Below are positions 51,912 through 64,000 of a stretch of 64,000 bases of DNA, piece after piece. The number at the start of each line of letters is the position of its first letter. The stretch's first letter is position 1. This stretch comes from Okamejei kenojei. Its lineage: Eukaryota. A model generated the notes under the pieces. That model did not search any database. It was not told where the DNA came from and saw nothing but the letters and a program-made list of their open reading frames with translations. The translations under genes and the position numbers were made by a program. The DNA lies in contig CM069139.1 in NCBI GenBank assembly GCA_035221665.1, positions 2,790,001-2,854,000 on the forward strand, read 5' to 3'.

Positions 51912-52085
51912 CAGGTGGAGCGAGCAGACGTGCAGACAGCCGCGGTCAGTAGCAGAGCTCCGCGCAGTCGTTGCCGACTGCTGCTGAGCCTGTGAGCCTG
52001 AGTCATCAGTGCCGCAGGTATAATAATGCTGGTAATGCAGCCTGCCGCACACACAAGCCTCCAGGCCAACGTGAGTCAGCACACA
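51912..52085 (-). promoter_or_regulatory. Candidate TMEM63C non-coding first exon and promoter
   Basis: Non-repetitive, CpG-containing segment. It has a minus-strand G|GTGAGT donor (51906-51911), an AP-1 site TGAGTCA (51999-52005) and GTGAGTCAGCA (52071-52081). The acceptor at 36588 requires some upstream exon. Confidence 0.35.
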
Positions 52086-52289
52086 CAGGGCTCAATACTA
52101 ACCAATTAGCTGAAATGGTTTGTATGACAGAGCAGCCAACAAGCTGGAACTGTGAAATCATCACTGCAGGCTTCATCAGGCCGTTGGCACAAGAGCCATG
52201 GCAGATGCAATATTGAACGTAGTGGCTTTGAAAACAAATACAAGCCGAGCATTCTGCACACCCGCAATGCCGGAACCCGTCCAAAACCT

Positions 52290-53280
52290 GCACTCAGCCA
52301 CCCACAACAGTGTCCCAAATTCACACTGAATGATCCAGCATGGACACAGGCCCTTCCACCCAACTCACACGTGCTGACCAACATGCCCCATCTACACTAG
52401 TCACACCTGCCCACAGTTGGTCTATGTTCCTCCAAACCGTTCCTATCCATGTACCTGTCCAAATGTCTTTTAAATTTGTTATAGGGAAATGATTGAATGT
52501 GGGAATAGACTTGATGGGCCAAATGGCCTAATTCTGTTCCCAGAACTTATGAACTATAGTACCTGCCTCAAGCTCCATCAGCTCATTCCATACATCCACC
52601 ATTGTATGAAAAATGTGCCCCTCAGGTTCTTATTCAATCTTTTCCCCATCACATTAAACCTATGGTTCTTGATTCTGCTACTCTGGGTAAAAGGCTTCTA
52701 CCTTACCCCCTCAGGATCTTTTACAGCTCTCAGATCACCCCGTCATCCTCCTGCACTCCAAGGGATAGTGAGCCAGCCTGCTCAACCTCCCCCATAGTTC
52801 AGGCCCTCCAATCCTGGCAACACCCATCTTCTCCGCACTATTTCCAGCTTAATAACATTACTCCTACAGCAGGGGGGCTGAAACAACACAATGCTCCCAA
52901 CACTGTGGTCTCAACAATGTTTAGTACAACTGTAACATAATATCCCAACTTCTATACTCTATCCCCTGACTGATGCCTTCTTCACCTCCCTATCTACCAA
53001 TGACACCACTTTTAGCCAACTGTGTACCTGCACTCCTAGATCCCTCGCCTCAACAACATTCCCTAGGGCCCTACCATTCAGTCAAGATCCTGCCCTGGTC
53101 TGACTTCCCAAAATACAACACCATACACACATCTGCATTGAATTCCATTAACCATTCCTCAGCTTACATGCTCAACAGATGAAGGTTTTGCTGTAATTTG
53201 TGATAACCATTTTCGCTATCTAATGTACCACACTTTAGTGTAATCAGAAAATTTACAATCATGCCTTGTACATTATTAAC
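52290..53280 (-). mobile_element. Old CR1 fragment
   Basis: Degraded RT C-terminus and 3' UTR. Confidence 0.65.
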
Positions 53281-53309
53281 CCTGGATAGCAGGACAAGCC
53301 CTCTTGTTC

Positions 53310-54085
53310 ATAGAAGGGTGATGTAGTCCCAACCTGAAACGTCACCTATCCATGTTCTCCACAGATGCAGCCTGACCCGCTGAGTTACTCCAGCACTCTG
53401 TGAAACGTCACCTATCCATGTTCTCCACAGATGCTGCCTGACCCGCTGAGTTACTCCAGCACTCTGTGTCCATGTTCTCCACAGATGCTGCCTGACCCAC
53501 TGCGTTACTCCAGCACTCTGTGTCCATGTTCTCCAGAGATGCTGCCTGACCCGCTGCGTTACTCCAGCACTCTGTGAAACGTCACCTATCCATGTTCTCC
53601 CCAGATGCTGCCTGACCCGCTGAGTTACTCTAACACTCTGTGAAATGTCACCTATCCATGTTCTCCCCAGATGCTGCCTGACCTGCTGAGTTATTCCAGC
53701 ACTCTGTGTCTTTCTTGGGGGAATCAAGGACAACTGGCATAGGTTTCAGGTGAGAAATTTAATAAGAATCTGAGGGAGATTGTATTCACGTGGAGTGTGG
53801 AGAGTATATGGAACAAGCTTTCAGTGAAGAGTATAAACAAGGAACTGCAAATGCTGGTTTATTAAGGAAAGATACAAATGTTGGAGTAACTCAGCGGGTC
53901 AGGCAGCATCTGTGGAGAACATGGATAGGTGACGTTTCACAGAGTGCTGGAGTAACTCAGCGGGTCAGGCAGCATCTGTGGAGAATATGGATAGGTGACG
54001 TTTCAGAGTGCTGGAGTAACTCAGCGGGTCAGGCAGCATCTGTGGAGAACATGGATGTGACGTTTCAAGTCAAGGCCCCTTTTCT
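53310..54085. repeat. Two oppositely oriented arrays of the Penelope-derived unit of about 66 bp
   Basis: Plus array at 53310-53710; reverse-complement array at 53880-54085. Confidence 0.85.
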
Positions 54086-54188
54086 GAGCTCAGAGTATTT
54101 TTTTGGCCATAATTAGCCTTTATGTCAAAAACTGGAAGGGGTGTTTTTTTGTCGAATTCAGTGTCAAACCTTGAGGGCTGTAGCATGC

Positions 54189-54912
54189 TGTGCATAGTTC
54201 CCTGAAGGTGGAATCGCATGTAGATAGGGTGGTAAAGAAAGCCTTTGGTGTGCTGGCCTTTATAAATCAGAGCATTGAATATAGGAGTAGGGAAGTAATG
54301 TTAAAATTGTACAAGGCATTGGTAAGACCAATTCTGGAGTATGGTGTACAATTTTGGTCGCCTAATTATAGGAAGGATGTCAACAAAATAGAGAGAGTAC
54401 AGAGGAGATTTACTAGAATGTTGCCAGGGTTCCAACAACTATGTTACAGAGAAAGGTTGAACAAGTTAGGTCTTTATTCTTGGAGCGCAGGAGGTTAAGG
54501 GGGACTTGATTGAGGTCTTTAAAATGATGAAAGGGATAGACAGAGTTGACGTGGATAAGCTTTTCCCATTGAGGGTAGGAAATTCAAACAAGAGGGATGA
54601 CATGAGAATTACGGACAGAAGTTTTCGGGGTAACGTGAGGGGGAACTTCTTTACTCAGAGGGTGGTGGCTGTGTGGAATGAGCTTCCAGCAGAAGTGGTG
54701 GAGGCAGGATCGATTTTAACATTTAAGAGTAAAGTGGATAGGTATATGGACGTGAAGGGAATGGAGGGGTATGGTCTGAGTGCAGGTAGATGGGACTAGG
54801 GGAAAACAAATGGTCGGCACGGACTGGAAGGGCCGAGAGGGCCTGTCTCCGTGCTGTAATTGTTATATGGTTATATGGTTATATGTTATATGGTTATATG
54901 GTTATATGGTTA
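54189..54912 (+). mobile_element. CR1 3' fragment, same subfamily as 24073-26389
   Basis: Near-identical to 25686-26389; (GTTATATG)n tail. Confidence 0.92.
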
Positions 54913-55078
54913 TGCCCAGACAGAAGAGGAAATGTTGTGCCTCGAAGAAGGGTCTCAACCCAAAACGTCACCATTCCTTCCCTCCAGAGATGCTGCCTGT
55001 CCCGCTGAGTTATTCCAACATTTTGTGTCTCTTTGATTTAAACCAGCATCTGCAGTTATTTCCTACACATGTGTGGAC

Positions 55079-57731
55079 CAGGCTGTGGAGTCGATAACAA
55101 AGTCCCGACTCCGACCTCAACATGAATTTCAGAGACTACGTAAATCGGAAAAAAATCGCGTTTTTTAAACGTACCGCGCACATTATTTCCACCCGAGACA
55201 ACGAGGAATGACATTGGTGCTGCCACCTGGCGGCAGAACCACAAGAAACTAAACGTAAACGCCATCACCGACCGATTCCCTCCGCCTGCTACTGACTGAA
55301 CGTGTCTGCATCGTTTCTGAATTCAAAAGGTGAATGTAGTCATTCATTTATGGGGAAATATATTATAAATGAATACAGATTATGAATTTTCATGATTTGC
55401 TGCAAAATAAATTGTCAGTGATAATTAATTCCTTCTCAACAGCAGTAAGCACTAGTCTTGGCAAAGCGTCAAAGAATCTGGTCATGTTTCATCAACACAA
55501 CCCATCTTTTCTACTTTCCGTGGGTGCTCGAACAATATTCCAGCTTCAAAGTTTCAAAGTCTATATCGGTGAGACCAAGCGGAGGCTTGGCGATCGCTTC
55601 GCCGAACACCTCCGCTCGGTCCGCAATAACCAACCCGACCTCCCGGTGGCTCAGCACTTCAACTCCCCCTCCCATTCCACATCCGACCTCTCGGTCCTGG
55701 GCCTCCTCCACGGCCAGAGTGAGCAACACCGCAAGTTGGAGGAACAGCACCTCATATTCCGCTTGGGGAGTCTGCATCCTTTGGGCTTGAATATTGAATT
55801 TTCTCAATTCTGTTAACCCTTGCTGTCTCCTCCCCTCCCACCTCTCCTCTCCCTCAGCCCTCGGGCCCTGGCATTCCCTCCATCTCCATCTCCCTCCCCC
55901 ACCCCAGTCGCACCAGCTTCTCATTTTCACACCACAAACAGCTTACAATGGCTTGTTCCATTTATCACCGATACTTCTTTGCATATCTTTCACTCATTGT
56001 TCCTTATCTCTCCACATCACCGTCTATATCTCTCGTTTCCCTGATCCCTGACCAGTCTGAAGAAGGGTCTCGACCCGAAACGTCGCCTATCTCCTTCGCT
56101 CCTTAGATGCTGCTGCACCCGCTGAGTTTCTCCAGCTTTTTGTGTACCTTCCAGCTTCAAAGGTTTGAAGGGGTTGGATGATGATGGAAAAAAAGGTTAG
56201 GGCTCCTTTAGGTAAAAGTATAGTAAACACCGACTAATGGGGGCTGCATCCCCTTGACCCCCCAAATCCCTTCAAACACGTTTGCTCAAATGATTGAATT
56301 ATTACTATTGAATAGAGACTACTAAAGTGAGTTAGTAAAGGTAAGTAAAGAATATCAGTTCTTCCGCCGGTATTCACTGTACTTTAACCCTGTATTTTGT
56401 GATATATAAAATGTTAATAATTCCATTTCAGCCACTATTCATTCACTAATGTCATTCATTCTTTTCTTTTTCAGGAAAACAAATTGAGTGAATTCAAAAT
56501 GTCCCAAGTGAGCAAGTTTGAAATCTCAAGCCCCTTTCTCAATGGCACGAAAACTCCAAGCAGATCTGCTGTTTTTGAATATTTTAAACAACAGATGAAA
56601 AACAGTTTGTATGTCAGTCTATGATAGAAGATGGTGATGGTGAAAGACTGTGTGAATCAAAGCTCATGGTTGTGATAAAAAATGCCCCAACAAGAGGTTC
56701 AAATTTGAAAAGACATTTGCAGCATTTCCACCCTAACATTTTAGAAGTTGTAAATGAGAAAGGATAAAGTAGCAATAAAAATCTTACACCCACATCAAAG
56801 TCAGCAAAAAAACAAATCTGCGGAGGAACAACCCAGACAAAAGCCTGGAAAAGCTGTTAAGGAGCGGTTCATGTTGATTAAAATGGATGCCACCACTCAT
56901 CACAGAGTTCACTATTTTGCCATCAAGGATGGATTTGTTGATGAAAACAATAAAATAGTAACTCAGGCGTCAGGAGTGAAGGACGGCAAGGACAACAAAG
57001 ACTGTTCTCCACACTGAAAATAATTAAATCAGAATTCAGGGCTTCATTCAAAGAGGATCTGGCAGAAGCAATTCTGTTCCTAAGACAAGTTATTAATACA
57101 TTTTAGGTACGTACTTCTGTAGCAAACCTTTGTAGCAAACTGCCTGTGCATTTACTTTTAATTTCTATTGCACAAGAATTCTTGTGGTCATAATTTAGCC
57201 ATTTAGCTCATACCTGTGGCCTTAGTTTAATACATTTTGGAGTAATGCTTTTATAACTTTTATTTAATTCAATGGAATTTTAATTGTCTATATGTTTTTT
57301 TTTTCTTTTAGCATAATGAATTATGTTTTGTTTTTCAAGAATAGACAATAGGTGCAGGAGTAGGCTATTTGGCCCTTCAAGCCAGCACCGCCATTCAATG
57401 CGATCATGGCTAATCAGTGCCCAGTTCCTGCCTTCTCCCCATATCCCCTGACTCCGCTATCTTTAAGAGTTCTATCTAACTAATAAACAATAAAAAAGCT
57501 ACAATAGCACAGCTACAACCATTAGACTCAAAACTTTAAGGACATGGGTATAAAAGGCAGCCTGATGATTCATGTGGTTCTTATGAAATGCCACATTGTG
57601 TAGTGTCATCACAGCAGATTTACAATTATTTTTATACCTAGGGGTCGGAATCGGAGTCGGAGTCGGATGCACAAGAAATCAAGGAGTCGGGATCGGAAAC
57701 GGGTGTTTTGGGTATCGACTTCACGACCCTG
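55079..57731 (+). mobile_element. Deleted hAT DNA transposon with a BED-finger transposase remnant
   Basis: Imperfect TIRs CAGGCTGTGGAGTCGATA / CAGGGTCGTGAAGTCGATA; TSD GTGTGGAC / GTATGGAC; subterminal CGGAGT repeats. 56499-56950 encodes frameshifted SAVFEYF..FVCQ...LC...SNLKRHLQHFHP and MLIKMDATTHHRVHYFAI. Confidence 0.85.
55552..56148 (+). mobile_element. Penelope-like element 3' fragment (GIY-YIG endonuclease end) nested in the hAT
   Basis: YIGETKRRLGDRFAEHLRSV...AQHFN..H...RKLEEQHLIFRLGSLHPLGLN; 14-bp TSD TTCCAGCTTCAAAG (55538-51 / 56149-62). Confidence 0.88.
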
Positions 57732-58340
57732 GTATGGACTCCTATATATCGGCGAGACCAAGCTCAGGCTCAGCGATCGTTTCGCTGAACACCTCCGCCC
57801 AGTCCGCCTAAACCTACCTGATCTCCCGGCTGCTCAGCACTTTAACTCCCCCTCCCATTCCCACACTGACCGCTCTGTCCTGGGCCTCCTCCATTGCCAG
57901 AGTGAGGCCCAGCTCAAATTGGAGGAGCAGCACCTCAAATTTCACTTGGGCAGCGTACACCCCAGCGGTATGAACATTGACTTCTCTAACTTCGAATAGC
58001 CCTTGCTTTCCCTCTCTCTCCATCCCCTCCCCTTCCTAGTTCTCCAACCAGTCTGACTGTCCCTGATTACACTTTATCTCTGTCTGCCTCGTTGTCACCT
58101 TCTCCCAGCTAACAGTGACCTATTCTACATTTTCTTTGATCTCTATCCCTTTTGATGTCTCACACCTGACACTTCCTTATCTCTGGAACTCCCCCTCCCC
58201 TGACTCTCAGTCTGAAGAAGGGTCTCGAAAAGAAACATTACCCATTCCTTCTCTCAAGATGCTGCCTGTCCCGCTGAGTTACTCCAGCTATTTGTGTCTA
58301 TCTTCAGTTTAAACCAACATCTGCAGTTCCTTCCTACACA
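57732..58340 (+). mobile_element. Penelope-like element 3' fragment (GIY-YIG)
   Basis: GLLYIGETKLRLSDRFAEHLRPV...PSGMNIDF. The hAT at 55079-57731 inserted at its CGLLYIG codons. Confidence 0.85.
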
Positions 58341-59154
58341 ATGAATAGAAAGAAACTGCTTCCAAAAGTTGCAAAGGCCAACGTGGCCAAGAAATGATGT
58401 AATAAAAAGGAACTGCAGATACTGGTTTATACCAAAACTAGACACAAAACACTGGAGTTACTTAATGGGTCAGGCAGTAACTCTAGAAACTTCTCTCCAG
58501 AGATGCTGCCTGGCCTGCAATGTTGCTCCAGCATCTTGTATCTATCTTCAAAAAATTAAATTGTTTGGTATGAAGTCAGAAAGCATCTCTCAGGGTTAAG
58601 AAGACTAGATTTGTCAAAGTCACTTCCACTAAAGGTTGTTGCTTCGATGTGGGAAGATAATGTTTTAAGCTTGAGTTTGGGAGAGTTTTTCAGCCACAGT
58701 TACTAATGGCGATGAAGGAAGGGTGGGTTAATGGAATCAGAGCACAACCATTGAACAAAGAACAGCACAGGAAGAGGCCCTTCAACCCACCATGTCTGCA
58801 CTGGCAACATGCCAGTCCAAACTAATCCCACCTCATGGAATAAAGGATAAATCACGAAGCTAAACACTCTCCCGCAGTGCGCAACACGGATGTGCGTTTA
58901 CACTATACCTGATCTATTCACCTCGTCACCACAAGTTCAAACTTCATTCACACGGCAGTTCCACGCATCACAATGGGGAAAGGTGCGATTGGTTACTGAC
59001 CTGGACAGAAAGCAGCTGCCATCTCTAATCAGCGTGAGCTCACAGCCCAGCGCGCATCACATCACCGGCACAATCATTCACCTCATTCTCACATCACAAT
59101 CTTGCCCTTGTCTATCATTGTCTCACATTCTCTACATCTCTCATAGTCACTCTC

Positions 59155-59995
59155 TGGGGGAGTGGGCGGATGCATGGCAGATGATGTGGAGAAATGCGAG
59201 GTTGTCCACTTCAGGAAGGCAGATTATTATCTAAATGGCGTCAAGTTGGGAAAAGGGGAAGTACAGCGGGATCTGGGGGTCCTTGTTCATCAGTCTATGA
59301 AAGTAAGCATGCAGGTACAGCAGGCAGTGAAGAAAGCAAATGGCACGTTGGTCTTTATAACAAGAGGATCGAATATTCAGGAAGCAAAAGAGTCCCTCTG
59401 CAGTTGTACAGGCCCTAGTGAGACCACACCTGAGTATTGTGTGCAGTTTTGATCCCCTAATTTGAGGAAGGACATTCTTGCTATCAAAGGAGTGCAGGGT
59501 AGGTTTACAAAGGTTAATTCCCAGGGGATGGCGGGACTGTCGATAATGCTGAGAAATGGAAGCAGCTGGGCATGTACACTCTGGAGTTTAAAGGAAGAGA
59601 GTGATCACATTGAAACATAATAAGATGTTTGAAGGGTTTGGACATGCTGTGGCAGGAAACATGTTGGGGGAGTCCCAACCAGGGGGGCCACAGTTTAAGA
59701 ATAAGGGGTATAGCCATTTAGAAAAGTGAGACAGGAAACATACCACTTTTTCTCACAGAGATTGTGAAATTCAGTGGAATTCCTCTGCCTCAGAGGGCAG
59801 TGGAGTGCAGGTTCTCTGATACTTTCACAGAGAGAGCTGGAAAGGCCTCTTAAAGATGTGCTGAGTCAGGGGATATGGGGAGAAGGCAGGAACGGGGTAC
59901 TGATGGGTATGATCCAGCCATGATCACATTGAAAAGGCGGTGCTATTGGCTGAAGGGCCGAATGGCCTCCTTTCCTGCACCTATTGACTACGATT
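59155..59995 (+). mobile_element. CR1 3' fragment (error-rich)
   Basis: KCEVVHF...QRDLGVLVH...EYCVQF. Confidence 0.85.
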
Positions 59996-60990
59996 CTCTT
60001 TCTAAGCTCCCCCGTTCCCACTGCCGCTGCCTGGCCAAAGCTGTCCCAACACCCTCCATGGTCACACACACTCGCTCTACACCCTCCCCACCCAATGGCC
60101 CACCTGCTGCTGCAACCTCTAACATACCCACTGCCAATTTCTCAACCCACCGTGACTGCTCTCACTCTTCCTGAGTTCGCCTTTCATACCTGATGCTGCT
60201 GTGCCTTCTCATTCCCTCCCAAATCCCCCTCTCTCTGTCTTTCCTTCATCCTCTGTCTGCTAGCCCAGTGTCGATCACTTTCCCGCAAAGCTGCCCTCTT
60301 GAATACACACTTCCCCCCTCTCTTCCTCACCTTATTGCCCATTCATCCTTGTCTTCCACTCTCCTCTCTTCTTGGTACAGTCTCTGCCTTTTTGGTGAGA
60401 AAAAAGACAAGGGTAATGAAGGTGGTGAGGTAGGTGCCATCTGCATGGATTTTACCAGGAAGATACAAAGTCTCACAGTAAAAGCTGCTGAAAAGACTGA
60501 GATTCATAAAATGAGAGTCAGTGGCAGTGTAGGACTTTGGCATAGGGGTCAGAAAGGCACTAGGCAGCTGTTTTCACCTAGAGGATGGGAAACAGAGCGT
60601 TTCCTGGATCGTCCATTGGGAGCTCTTGTCTACAGTAATGACTCCAGGCATCCACATTTCTAAATAGACATATCACAAATCTTAGAAAGGCTGCTCCTAG
60701 TAGAACAAAAATAGCAGCCTATTAAAAAACAGAGATAAATTGGCTAAGTTAGACATTAGCTAATAAAGTTTAATATAGAGCAGTGTGAAATGAGGTCACT
60801 TTGGCAAAAATGTCAAGAGACATCATTAGACAGATAAGATAGGAGTGTGAGAAGAAGAAAGCTATCCTTTCATTGGAAGTGATGGAAATTATGTCATTGC
60901 TAAATCAGAAGAGTTGCAGTGGACTAAATCAAGGGTGGCTAGTGATGCGGCCATATGGACCTCAGTGAGGAGAGGGGAGAGGGGAGCGAG

Positions 60991-61490
60991 NNNNNNNNNN
61001 NNNNNNNNNNNNNNNNNNNNNNNNNNNNNNNNNNNNNNNNNNNNNNNNNNNNNNNNNNNNNNNNNNNNNNNNNNNNNNNNNNNNNNNNNNNNNNNNNNNN
61101 NNNNNNNNNNNNNNNNNNNNNNNNNNNNNNNNNNNNNNNNNNNNNNNNNNNNNNNNNNNNNNNNNNNNNNNNNNNNNNNNNNNNNNNNNNNNNNNNNNNN
61201 NNNNNNNNNNNNNNNNNNNNNNNNNNNNNNNNNNNNNNNNNNNNNNNNNNNNNNNNNNNNNNNNNNNNNNNNNNNNNNNNNNNNNNNNNNNNNNNNNNNN
61301 NNNNNNNNNNNNNNNNNNNNNNNNNNNNNNNNNNNNNNNNNNNNNNNNNNNNNNNNNNNNNNNNNNNNNNNNNNNNNNNNNNNNNNNNNNNNNNNNNNNN
61401 NNNNNNNNNNNNNNNNNNNNNNNNNNNNNNNNNNNNNNNNNNNNNNNNNNNNNNNNNNNNNNNNNNNNNNNNNNNNNNNNNNNNNNNNNN
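60991..61490. other. Assembly gap (500 N)
   Basis: Run of N. Confidence 1.
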
Positions 61491-62079
61491 TGAAGAGCTG
61501 AGAGAGTGGTTTCATGCTGGCAAGGAGGAGGGACCAGGAACAACACATCCGAAAATGGAGATGCTGCTGCCTGACCTGCGAGAAACCTCAGCACTTTTTC
61601 TTTGGTTTGTAAACCCAGTCATCTCATTTCCTTCACACCAGATGGATCCCGGAGCCACATCACATATGTAGTCTGGTTTTACACCAGTTTGTCCGGTTTT
61701 CCCACCAGACGGGAGGCCGGTTCCACACCAGGGTAGGAGTGGAAACGAGAACAAAGCTGCCTTGTCACTAGGTGACCCGCAAGTTGTCCAGTGGTGTATG
61801 GTTGCTACCGGTCCACCATGGCTGAGTCTCTCTCGAGTCTCGGACAGCCTCCTCTGTTACCTTCCCATCAGCCAACCATTCATACATTTTCTTGATCACA
61901 CGTCTGCTTTGATCTGTTGTTTTCACACCTTCCCCTTCCAGATTCTCTAGTTCCGTCACCCCCTGACGCAGTCATGCAGAAGGATCACAGCCAAAATGTT
62001 CCACCCGTCCTTCTCTCCCAGAAATGCTGCCTGTTCCTGCCTGAGTTACTCTAACTCCAGCATTTTGTGTCCATAAGTC

Positions 62080-62680
62080 CCATTCGTCCCATCGTCTACT
62101 CTGCCATTCAATCATGGCTGATCTATCTCCCTCCTCATCCCATTCTCCTGTCTGCTCCCCATAACCTCTGCAACCCCATACAAATCAAGAAAATATAATG
62201 TCTTAAAAATCTCCATTTACGGCCTTCCACAGCCTTCCAGTGGGCAAAGAATTCCCACAGATACACCACCCTCTGACTAAAGAAAGTTCTTTCTCCTTCA
62301 ATACACAATAGGGGCAGGAGAGGGCCATTGGCCCTTCGTGCCAGCACCATGCCATTCAATGTGATCATGGCTGATCGAATCCCCAATCAGTACCCCCCGT
62401 TCCTTGCCTTCCACCCCATAACCCCTGACCCGTAACCGCTATTCCTTCCGAAAAGTACGTCCTTAAATTCTGAGCTATAACCACTGGTCCTGGACTCTCC
62501 CGCGGTGGAAAAATCCTCTCACAACATCCACTTCTATCCAGGCCTTTCACTATTCTGTACATTTCAATGAGGTCCCGCCCTCATCTAAACACCAGCGAGA
62601 ACAGGCCAGTGCCGACAAACGTCCATCATATGTTAACCCACACATACTGGGGATCGTTCTGTAAATGTGTCATGATCCTG
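62080..62680 (-). mobile_element. Nested CR1 3' fragments
   Basis: FFSQRVVYLW and 3' UTR motifs; a second 3' end is inserted at about 62300-62445. Confidence 0.7.
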
Positions 62681-62779
62681 GGGACAATCATGTTTATCTT
62701 GCCGTTCATGAAGCCACTGTTGACTCTGCCAGACTGTCTGTCAGCTGTCCTCCTCTCCCGATGCCTCAGTCTAACACGG

Positions 62780-63650
62780 TTCATAGTCTCCTGCCTCTCT
62801 GACCGGTTTGATATCTCCGTTCTCTCCTGAACCGGTTTATTTCGTCCTTCTCTCTGACCGTTTCATAGTCTCCTTCTCTCTGACCGGTTTATATTTCCTG
62901 CTCTCTGCCCGGTTTTTCAATAGACTCCTTCTCTCGGACCCGGTTTATATCTCCTTCTCTCGGACCGTTTTTATATCACCTTCTCCCTTCTCTCTGACCG
63001 GTTCATAGTCTCCTTCTCTCTGCTCTGACCTTTTATATCCTCCTGCTTCTCTGACCGGTTTCATAGTCTCCTTCTCTCTGACCCGGTTTAATCTCCTGCT
63101 ACTTCTGACCGGTTATATCTCCTGCTCTCTGACCGGTGTCATAGACTCGTCATCACTCGGCCATGACCCGCCATTGCAGGGTCCTGGGCCCTTGGCCGAG
63201 GGCTGCAGCATTTCATCTCCGCCCAGCGCGGCCATGGAACTTTGGACCGCGGACTCCTGTAGGAGGGTGGCCGACTCTGGCCCACGCCGCTAGTGACGTC
63301 CCCCAGGGCCCCGACCGTGGGACTTACATCACCCCGGCGAGCGAGCCTGAACATCGGGCCGCCCGGAGCGGCGACTACGGAGGGTTCAGGGAGGCCCCGA
63401 CCAGGGGGAACAGTGGGGAACATTAGAGGAAGATGACTTTGGTGCCTTCCCTCACAGTGGGAAACTTTGATTCTGCTGTGTGAGGATGTTTTATGTTGAA
63501 TTCTACCAACTCTGTGTTGTGTTCTTTATTTTCATTGTATGGCTGTATGCTGATCACATATCACTGTGTTAACTGGCACATGTGACAAAATAAATGTATC
63601 TTGTATCCTGCTCTCTGATCTGTTCATAGTCTCCTGCGCTCTGATCCCTC
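62780..63650 (+). repeat. About 25-bp minisatellite (TCTCCTGCTCTCTGACCGGTTCATAG) interrupted by a CpG-rich retroposon-like insert at about 63145-63606
   Basis: The array resumes after the insert, which ends CACATGTGACAAAATAAATGTATCTTGTATC (Rex/L2-like tail). Confidence 0.7.
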
Positions 63651-64000
63651 GGATCGGGACCATTATAGCTGCATTTTGTAAACATGTGCGACCTCTCGGG
63701 AGTTTTGATCATATCTGCTCTCTCTCAGGCAGTTGGTGGCTGACCCAGGAGAGGGCCCCTGCCTTAAGCCCCATTATTGAACCTTGTACATTCTCCAGTG
63801 GTTCGGATTGTTCGCCTTCCTGCATCTGTTTAACTTGCAATGTTTTTGGAATCTTTGTGAACATGGACACGAACCAAAACTAATTATGTCTTCCCACTTT
63901 GTTTTTTCTCATAGAAACATAAATACATAGAAATTAGGGTGCCAGGAGTAGCCAGTTCAGCCCTTCGAGCCTGCACCGCATTCCAATTATGATCAGGCGA

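Noticed and set aside
58990-59100. Possible additional minus-strand non-coding exon (GTCAGT donor)
   Set aside because: Weak donor and no other support.

Overview
Vertebrate genomic DNA, most likely from a cartilaginous fish such as a skate or ray. This is inferred from HE1/V-SINE-like, CR1 and Penelope-type repeats. The draft assembly has three N-gaps and an error-rich stretch at about 3.3-22 kb. Two host genes are recognisable: the last three coding exons of POMT2 (+ strand, 322-3100) and the first 11 coding exons of TMEM63C (- strand, 36570 down to about 7580). The remaining TMEM63C exons were not found and probably lie in the 5501-6000 gap. The rest is intronic or intergenic DNA made of CR1 LINEs, V-SINEs, Penelope-like fragments with hammerhead-like motifs, hAT elements, MITEs, a Helitron-like element and many minisatellites. 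The most notable structure is a 3.55-kb non-autonomous hAT element (40436-43986) with a 12-bp TIR and an 8-bp TSD. It carries a TDP2-like first exon (UBA-like domain) with an intact splice donor, which would join in frame to the first coding exon of TMEM63C. Most ORF-track entries are artefacts of repeats.
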